Source: Patescibacteria group bacterium | GTDB lineage: Bacteria; Patescibacteriota; Patescibacteriia; UBA2591; JAQWAS01 | Direction of reading: 5' to 3' | Length of the DNA stretch: 64,000 nucleotides | Assembly (NCBI GenBank): GCA_028707495.1 | Contig: JAQWAS010000003.1 | Span: 47,711 to 111,710 of the forward strand | Shown: piece by piece, positions 57,874 through 64,000 of the stretch | How the letters are laid out: each line of letters begins with the position of its first letter | Numbering within the stretch: position 1 is the first letter of the stretch | Notes under the pieces: model-generated | Databases searched by the model: none | What the model saw: only the letters and a program-made list of their open reading frames with translations | What the model was told of the DNA's origin: nothing | Position numbers and translations under genes: made by a program

Positions 57874-58814
57874 TTTTCAATATTTTAATTTTTATTTTAA
57901 GTTGTTTAGTACTAGTCAAAAGTGCTAATTTTTTAATTAAAGCTATAACTAAAATTTCAGCTGCTTTTCAAATTAATGAATTTACCCTCGCCTTTATTGT
58001 CGTTACTCTAGCTACTTCTATCCCAGAATTATTTATTGGTGTTTTTTCGGCTTTAGATAAAATTCCAACTCTATCTTTGGGTAATGTGATTGGTTCAAAT
58101 ATTGTGGCTTTAAGTTTAATTATTGGTTTAAGTGCGGTTCTGGCGCGTGGCATTAAAACAGAAAGTCGTATTATTAAAGACAATACTTTATATTTAGTGT
58201 TGATTAGTTTTTTACCATTAATATTAAGTTTAGATCGTAATTTATCACGACTTGATGGGGTGACTTTAATTATTTTCTTTTTAATTTATTTGTTTAAATT
58301 ATATCGTGAGCGGCGTGCCTTTCATAAAGTTGTTTCTAGTGTTACTAAAAAAACAGTCAATAAGCAAATTTTAATTTTAATGATCAGTTTGGTTTGTCTA
58401 TTAATAAGTTCTAATTTTTTAGTTAAATCGGGTTTAAATATAACAGCAATAGTGGGCTTCAAACCAATTTGGTTTGGAATTCTAATTATAGCTATTGGGA
58501 CTTCTTTACCAGAATTAATTTTTCAGACCAAAGCGGCTTTAAGGGATCATGGCGATATGGCCCTAGGTAATATGATGGGTAGTGTGGTAGCGAATATAAC
58601 TTTAATTTTAGGAATAACAGTTTTAATCCAACCAATTTATTTTGAAAATTTTTATAGTTATATTCTGAGTCTAAGTTTTATGATTTTAGTTGTGGTTATT
58701 TTTGATATTTTAATGCAAACCAAAAATAAGCTTTCTTGGAAAGAGGGGATAGTCTTGATTTTTATTTATATAATTTTTGTTATTTTTCAATTATTTTTTA
58801 ATGTAACAATTTAA
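57867..58814 (+). CDS. CaCA-family cation/Ca2+ antiporter (YrbG-like Na+/Ca2+ exchanger)
   Basis: Two alpha-repeats with GNVIGSNI / GNMMGSVVANI. It overlaps the ATPase stop. Confidence 0.75.
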   Translation: MLIFNILIFILSCLVLVKSANFLIKAITKISAAFQINEFTLAFIVVTLATSIPELFIGVFSALDKIPTLSLGNVIGSNIVALSLIIGLSAVLARGIKTESRIIKDNTLYLVLISFLPLILSLDRNLSRLDGVTLIIFFLIYLFKLYRERRAFHKVVSSVTKKTVNKQILILMISLVCLLISSNFLVKSGLNITAIVGFKPIWFGILIIAIGTSLPELIFQTKAALRDHGDMALGNMMGSVVANITLILGITVLIQPIYFENFYSYILSLSFMILVVVIFDILMQTKNKLSWKEGIVLIFIYIIFVIFQLFFNVTI

Positions 58815-58829
58815 AAATTTAAATAAAAG

Positions 58830-58975
58830 TTATCCACAATCAGCCGTTAATTAGTCGGCTGGTTTTTTTATTTTTGGCTTAAATAAAGGTTTTTAGTGTG
58901 TGGGGATATGGGTTTGACTGGTGGAAAAAAATGGATTATAATATATTTATAGTGGATTGATGTGGATAATTGTGG
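58830..58975. promoter_or_regulatory. DnaA-box cluster upstream of mraZ: TTATCCACA at 58830-58838, TGTGGATAA at 58951-58959, and the variants TGTGGGGATA (58899-58908 and 58961-58970)
   Basis: Two perfect 9-mers plus 2-3 one-mismatch boxes lie within about 150 bp. Confidence 0.5.
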
Positions 58976-59019
58976 GGATAAGTTATCTAAAGTGTGCATA
59001 AGTCAATTTAATTAAAATT

Positions 59020-59451
59020 ATGTTTATTGGTGAATATCATCACAATCTAGATCAAAAGGGGAGACTGGCAATTCCGGTCAAGTTTAGAAATGAATTATCT
59101 AAAGGAGCGGTTGTGACTCGTGGCTTAGATAATTGTTTGTTTTTATATTCACAAAACGAATGGGAAAAATTAGCTACTCAATTAGCAAATTTACCAATTA
59201 GCCAGGCGAATACCCGGGCTTTTAGTCGTTTAATGTTAGCTGGAGCCATGGACGTTCAAATGGATAAATTGGGGAGAGTTATTTTGCCAGAATATTTAAG
59301 GAAATATGCTCAAGTTAAAAAGAAGATTGTTGTTGCTGGTTTATATAATCGTTTAGAAATTTGGGATGAAACAGTTTGGGAAAAATATAAACAAGGCACC
59401 GAAAAAAACAGTGGTGATATTGCCGAAGCTTTGGGTGAGTTAGGAGTTTAA
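59020..59451 (+). CDS. mraZ: Division/cell wall cluster transcriptional regulator MraZ
   Basis: MFIGEYHHNLDQKGRLAIPVKFR and a second SpoVT/AbrB repeat. Confidence 0.9.
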   Translation: MFIGEYHHNLDQKGRLAIPVKFRNELSKGAVVTRGLDNCLFLYSQNEWEKLATQLANLPISQANTRAFSRLMLAGAMDVQMDKLGRVILPEYLRKYAQVKKKIVVAGLYNRLEIWDETVWEKYKQGTEKNSGDIAEALGELGV

Positions 59452-59455
59452 AAAT

Positions 59456-60343
59456 ATGGAGTTTCTGCACCAACCAGTTCTTTTAAATCAAGTCATTGAA
59501 TATTTGAATCCACAATTAGGACAAAATTTTATCGATGTGACTATCGGTAATGGGGGACACAGTTTAGAAATCTTAAAAAAGATTGGTCCAAGTGGAAAAT
59601 TATTGGCCATTGATAATGATCCACAAGCCATTCAACGCAGTCAGCAAAATTTAGCTGAATTTAAAAATCAAATCGTGTGGGTCAATGATAATTTCAGTAA
59701 TTTAGAAAAAATAGTGGCAGACAAGTTTAAAAATATTTCGATTCATGGAATTTTAGTTGACCTAGGATTTTGTCTAGATCAAATTAAAACTTCTGGCCGA
59801 GGATTTTCTTTTCAACAAGATGAACCATTAGATATGCGTTTTAACCCCGAACAACAAGAATTAACTGCTCAAGAAATTATTAATCGTTTTTCAGATCAGA
59901 AATTAATCGAAATTTTTAAAGATTATGGTGAGGAAAGGTTTAGCCGTCGCATTGCTGAACAAATAGTTGAAAATAGAAAAGAAAAAGAAATTAAAACCAG
60001 TCAGGAGTTAGCTGATTTGATTTGGCAAGTTTATCCAGCCAAATTTAGACGTCGAATTCATCCAGCGACTAAAGTTTTTCAAGCTTTAAGAATTCAAGTC
60101 AATGACGAGATTAACAAATTAATTCAGTTTTTACCGCAGGCGGTTGAAATTTTACAACCCCAGGGACGTTTGGCAATTATTTCCTTTCATTCGCTGGAAG
60201 ATCGTCAAGTCAAACATTTTTTTAAAAATCATTCAGATTTACAAATTTTAACTAAAAAACCAATTCAGGCGACAGAAGAAGAATTAAAAAATAATCCAGC
60301 CAGTCGCAGTGCGAAATTAAGAGTCGCTCAAAAACAAAAATAA
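59456..60343 (+). CDS. rsmH: 16S rRNA (cytosine1402-N4)-methyltransferase
   Basis: HQPVLLNQV...DVTIGNGGHS. Confidence 0.9.
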   Translation: MEFLHQPVLLNQVIEYLNPQLGQNFIDVTIGNGGHSLEILKKIGPSGKLLAIDNDPQAIQRSQQNLAEFKNQIVWVNDNFSNLEKIVADKFKNISIHGILVDLGFCLDQIKTSGRGFSFQQDEPLDMRFNPEQQELTAQEIINRFSDQKLIEIFKDYGEERFSRRIAEQIVENRKEKEIKTSQELADLIWQVYPAKFRRRIHPATKVFQALRIQVNDEINKLIQFLPQAVEILQPQGRLAIISFHSLEDRQVKHFFKNHSDLQILTKKPIQATEEELKNNPASRSAKLRVAQKQK

Positions 60344-60366
60344 AAACATAAATATAAAATAAACAT

Positions 60367-60759
60367 ATGTACCAAACTTACGCCTCAAAATTCAATCAAT
60401 TTCAAACCAACTTAGAGTGTCAAAGTTTTTCTAAAAAATTAATTCAAGCAATTAAAAGTTGGTCCATTTTTAAAATTAATTTGCACAAATTTAAAATTAT
60501 AATTGGTATGGCAAGTTTAATTTTATTTGTAGTCTATTTAATGCAAGTTAATTTTTTAGCTACAGCCGGTTTTAAAATTCAAGAATTAAAACAAGATATT
60601 CAAAAATTAGAAACAAATAATCAACAGCTAGAATTACAAGCGATGAATTTACAATCAATTAGTCGAGTAAAGACTATTAGTCAAGAATTAAAAATGGTTT
60701 CTTTGGAAAACGTTGATTATTTAACACCAATCTCTGGCTCAATGATGGCAGCTAAATAA
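60367..60759 (+). CDS. ftsL: FtsL-like cell division protein (single TM plus coiled coil)
   Basis: Its position between rsmH and ftsI, and its topology. Confidence 0.55.
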   Translation: MYQTYASKFNQFQTNLECQSFSKKLIQAIKSWSIFKINLHKFKIIIGMASLILFVVYLMQVNFLATAGFKIQELKQDIQKLETNNQQLELQAMNLQSISRVKTISQELKMVSLENVDYLTPISGSMMAAK

Positions 60760-60768
60760 TTTTAAATT

Positions 60769-62529
60769 ATGTTAAATCAAAGGAGTTATAGCAAGAAAAA
60801 ACATTATTCTTGTAGTCGGATAACTTTTGTTAAAATAGTTATCTTTTTTTGTTTAACTTTAATTATTGTCCGTTTATTTTCACTTCAAGTTGTTAATAGT
60901 GGTTTTTATAAAACCATGGCTTCAGGTTTGCATGAATTTTATCAAGACGTTTCACCACGTCGAGGCGAGATTTATATTCATAATCATGATTTAAATTTAG
61001 GTCAGCAGAAAAAGGATTATCCAATTGCTACCAATGTCGAATTAAATTTATTGTATGCTGTACCGAATACAATTATTGATCCAGCGGCGACATTGGAAAA
61101 ATTAAACACAGTTTTAAATTTAACTCCGGAAGATCAAGAAATTATTTTACAGCGACTTAAAAAGGAAGATGATATTTATGAACCGATTCAACATTATTTA
61201 AACAATCAGCAAAAGGATGATATTCAGGCCTTGAATCTAGAAGGTTTGCATTTTATATCAGAAACTAAGCGTTATTATCCAGAAAATGATTTGTTTAGCC
61301 AGGTGGTGGGTTTTGTGGGTCATGACGATGATAAAATTTTGGGACGTTATGGTTTAGAAGAAAAATTTGAGAAAGAATTGGCTGGTCAACAGGGCACAAT
61401 TGAAGCTGAAAAAGATGCTTTGGGGCAAATGATAGCCCTAGGTTCTCAATCGATTCAACAGGTTAAAAATGGAATGAGTTTAGTTTTAACCTTAGATTAT
61501 CCAATTCAACATTTTGTTTGCAATCAACTTAAGGAGGCAGTTGAACATTACGGAGCTAAAAGCGGTTCAATTATTATCATGCAACCCCAAACTGGTAAAA
61601 TTTTAGCTATGTGTAATGAGCCAAGTTTTAATCCCAATGAATATAATCAAGTCGATGATATTAATGTGTATATTAATTCAGCTGTGTCAAAAATTTTTGA
61701 ACCAGGTTCAGTTTTTAAGGCAATCACCATGGCAATTGGATTGGAAACTCAAAAAATTACACCCGACGATACTTATCAGGACACTGGTGAGGTTAAAATA
61801 GCCGGCTACACAATTAAAAATTCTGACTTAAAAGCGCATGGTCAGAAAACCATGACCGAGGTACTAGAAGAGTCTTTAAATACGGGTTCGGTACATGTAG
61901 CTTTAAAAGTTGGACCACACTCAATGCGTCAATATATTCAAGATTTTGGTTTTGGAGAATCAACTGGGATTGAATTGCCGAGTGAGGGAATGGGGAATAC
62001 TTCGCGTTTAGACGAAGAAAAAGACATTTATACAGCAACAATTTCTTTTGGCCAAGGAATTTCTGTTACACCAATCCAAATGTTAAATTCTTTTAGTACA
62101 ATTGCTAATGGTGGGAAAATGATGCAACCTTATTTAGTCGAAAAAATAATTAATCCCGATCAAACCGAGATAATTAATGAACCTAAGTTTGTCCGTCAGG
62201 TTATTTCACCAGCGACCGCCAATACGCTAAAGGGTATGTTAGTCTCGGTGATTGAAAATGGTCATGCAGAAAAAGCTGGAGTGGAAGGTTATTATTTAGC
62301 CGGGAAAACAGGCACAGCCCAGGTTCCTGATCCTAATCGTGGCGGTTATTCAAATAAAACTATTCATACTTTTGTGGGATTTGGTCCAGCTGACGATCCA
62401 CAATTTGCCGTGTTGATAAAATTAGACGAGCCAACCAATGTTAAATATGCAGCTTCGTCAACTGCGCCGGTTTTTGGACAAATCGCTAAATTTTTGTTAA
62501 ACTATTTACAGATACCTATAAACAAATAA
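60769..62529 (+). CDS. ftsI: Peptidoglycan D,D-transpeptidase (class B PBP, FtsI-like)
   Basis: SVFK (SxxK), SLNTGS (SxN), KTGTA. Confidence 0.85.
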   Translation: MLNQRSYSKKKHYSCSRITFVKIVIFFCLTLIIVRLFSLQVVNSGFYKTMASGLHEFYQDVSPRRGEIYIHNHDLNLGQQKKDYPIATNVELNLLYAVPNTIIDPAATLEKLNTVLNLTPEDQEIILQRLKKEDDIYEPIQHYLNNQQKDDIQALNLEGLHFISETKRYYPENDLFSQVVGFVGHDDDKILGRYGLEEKFEKELAGQQGTIEAEKDALGQMIALGSQSIQQVKNGMSLVLTLDYPIQHFVCNQLKEAVEHYGAKSGSIIIMQPQTGKILAMCNEPSFNPNEYNQVDDINVYINSAVSKIFEPGSVFKAITMAIGLETQKITPDDTYQDTGEVKIAGYTIKNSDLKAHGQKTMTEVLEESLNTGSVHVALKVGPHSMRQYIQDFGFGESTGIELPSEGMGNTSRLDEEKDIYTATISFGQGISVTPIQMLNSFSTIANGGKMMQPYLVEKIINPDQTEIINEPKFVRQVISPATANTLKGMLVSVIENGHAEKAGVEGYYLAGKTGTAQVPDPNRGGYSNKTIHTFVGFGPADDPQFAVLIKLDEPTNVKYAASSTAPVFGQIAKFLLNYLQIPINK

Positions 62530-62533
62530 ACAC

Positions 62534-63862
62534 ATGAATAAATTAGTTAAATACATTTTAAAAATTTTAACCAGGGGCGTGGTGAAAAAACATCATCCTT
62601 TGGTGATTGGCATTACTGGAAGCGTAGGTAAAACTTCGACCAAGGAGGCGGTTTTCACTGTTTTAAATTCCAAGTTTAACGTACGCAAGAGCGAAAAAAA
62701 TTATAACAATGAGTTCGGTTTGCCTTTTACGATTTTAGGGACAGACGCGCCCGGTAAATCAATTTTGGCTTGGTTAAAAATTTTATTTAAAGCTATCAGT
62801 TTAAATTTAATAAAATGTTCTACTTTTCCAGAAATTTTGGTTTTAGAAATGGCAGCCGATCATCCCGGTGATATTGCTTATTTATTGTCAATTTGTAAGC
62901 CCCAAATTAGCATTGTGACAACGGTCGCGCCAGTCCATTTGGAATATTTTAAAACTATTGAAAAAGTAGCTCGTGAAAAAAGAAGAATTATTGAAATTTT
63001 AGATAAAAAGGGTTTAGCGATTTTAAACGCCGATGACGAGCATGTTTTTTCGTTTAGGGAAAAAACACAGGCACAGATTTTAACTTATGGTTTTTCAGAT
63101 ATTAGTGATATTAAGGCGGAAGAAATTACTATTCGTCAGGAGTTAGATCATGGCAGTCAAGAGCTAGAAAATGTCGTCGGTGGTATTAGTTTTAAATTAA
63201 CTTATCGTGGTTCGGTCGTGCCGGTTTTTCTACCTGGAGTTTTAGGTCGTCACCAAATTTATTCTATATTAGCGGCCGCGGCCGTGGGGATTTATCGCGA
63301 TATGAATTTAGTTGAAATTTCTGAGGCTTTACGCAATTATCAGTCGCCACCCGGCAGAATGAAGTTAATTGAAGGGATTAAACATACTTACATCATTGAT
63401 GATACCTATAATTCATCACCACGTTCAGTCAAGGCAGGTTTAGAAACCTTAAGCGAATTAACCGTTCAAGCTCGTAAAATAGCTGTCTTGGGTGATATGT
63501 TGGAATTGGGGTCTTTCACTGAAGAAGGTCATCGCGACGTTGGTCGGGTAGTAGCTATTTCGCATGTTGATATTTTAGTTACTGTTGGTGAAAAATCCAA
63601 TGATACAATTTTAGGAGCTAAAAAAGCTGGTATGGCTGAAGAAAATTTATTTCATTTTGATAAAACCGAAGAGGCTGGGCGATTTCTACAAGATAAAATA
63701 AAAGAAGGTGATTTGATTTTAATTAAAGGTTCACAAGGTATGCGAATGGAAAAAATTGTTAAAGAATTAATGGCTGAGCCCTTACGAGCTGAAGAGCTTT
63801 TAGTGAGACAAGGAGAGAAGTGGTTAAAAAAACAAAAAACCTTTTCGGGTTTTTTGTTATAA
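62534..63862 (+). CDS. murF: UDP-MurNAc-tripeptide--D-Ala-D-Ala ligase
   Basis: GITGSVGKTSTKE, NNEFGLP. It directly follows ftsI with no murE between them. Confidence 0.8.
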   Translation: MNKLVKYILKILTRGVVKKHHPLVIGITGSVGKTSTKEAVFTVLNSKFNVRKSEKNYNNEFGLPFTILGTDAPGKSILAWLKILFKAISLNLIKCSTFPEILVLEMAADHPGDIAYLLSICKPQISIVTTVAPVHLEYFKTIEKVAREKRRIIEILDKKGLAILNADDEHVFSFREKTQAQILTYGFSDISDIKAEEITIRQELDHGSQELENVVGGISFKLTYRGSVVPVFLPGVLGRHQIYSILAAAAVGIYRDMNLVEISEALRNYQSPPGRMKLIEGIKHTYIIDDTYNSSPRSVKAGLETLSELTVQARKIAVLGDMLELGSFTEEGHRDVGRVVAISHVDILVTVGEKSNDTILGAKKAGMAEENLFHFDKTEEAGRFLQDKIKEGDLILIKGSQGMRMEKIVKELMAEPLRAEELLVRQGEKWLKKQKTFSGFLL

Positions 63863-63873
63863 ATTTTTTTAAA

Positions 63874-63945
63874 TAGCCCCGACGGGAGTCGAACCCGTGT
63901 GTCATGGTTGAGAACCATGTATCCTAACCATTAGATGACGGGGCC
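63874..63945 (-). tRNA. tRNA-Glu (CUC), no encoded CCA
   Basis: The reverse complement folds as acceptor GGCCCCG/CGGGGCT, anticodon loop TTCTCAA, T-loop TTCGACT. Confidence 0.8.
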
Positions 63946-64000
63946 TTGATTTTATTAGTTTATCATAATTTAAAAGCAAAAACAAGATTTAAATCACTGA

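Noticed and set aside
55836-58183. Antisense ORFs within the P-type ATPase and CaCA genes (55836-56198, 57036-57377, 57968-58183)
   Set aside because: They overlap strongly supported transporter genes. No motifs were recognised.
61616-63918. Small ORFs within ftsI and murF (61616-61801, 61814-62041, 63652-63918)
   Set aside because: They are alternative-frame or antisense ORFs inside well-supported dcw genes.

Overview
This is an AT-rich window of roughly 30% GC. Genes are short and tightly packed, and the standard genetic code fits (TAA stops dominate and no long protein is interrupted by TGA). The gene content is a streamlined bacterial chromosome, probably from the Candidate Phyla Radiation/Patescibacteria. 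The evidence for that is inferential: PduL, a short DnaX, fused or truncated housekeeping proteins, lysine-rich appended tails, and no murE between ftsI and murF. From the six-frame track and my own reading I can support about 60 CDSs. Recognisable ones are TsaB, AsnRS, AspRS, CysRS, ScpA/ScpB, DnaX, RmuC, the heat-shock operon (hrcA-grpE-hsp20-dnaK-dnaJ) behind a perfect CIRCE operator, PLD/Cls, SecD/SecF, CorA, D-Ala-D-Ala carboxypeptidase, TpiA, class II Fba, RarA, QueH, an epimerase, an HtrA-like protease, a Ca-type P-type ATPase with a CaCA antiporter, and the start of the dcw cluster (mraZ-rsmH-ftsL-ftsI-murF). There are 7 intact tRNAs (Gln, Thr, Tyr, Ala, Val, Thr, Trp on the plus strand and Glu on the minus strand, 8 in total) and rpmG (L33), which the ORF track misses. 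The less routine content is as follows. Two small GIY-YIG nuclease genes sit inside GC-rich palindromic repeats; one is inserted into a duplicated tRNA-Trp and the other abuts tRNA-Gln. A dispersed family of roughly 120-bp MITE/REP-like elements shares the GTCATYC/GRATGAC termini of those palindromes. An accessory pocket between rmuC and hrcA holds two promoter-gene-terminator modules with duplicated flanks, one of which carries an SBBP-repeat protein with a T9SS-type C-terminal domain. A double ATP-grasp ligase is paired with a FemAB/GNAT-like transferase. SecD carries an embedded parvulin PPIase domain. A YbaK deacylase has a histone-like lysine tail. There is an orphan VirD4/TraD-like coupling ATPase. 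One membrane protein has presenilin/SPP-like YD and GxGD motifs. A cluster of DnaA boxes lies upstream of mraZ. A 660-bp GC-enriched ORF-free region has terminators on both strands. No CRISPR array or rRNA is present.
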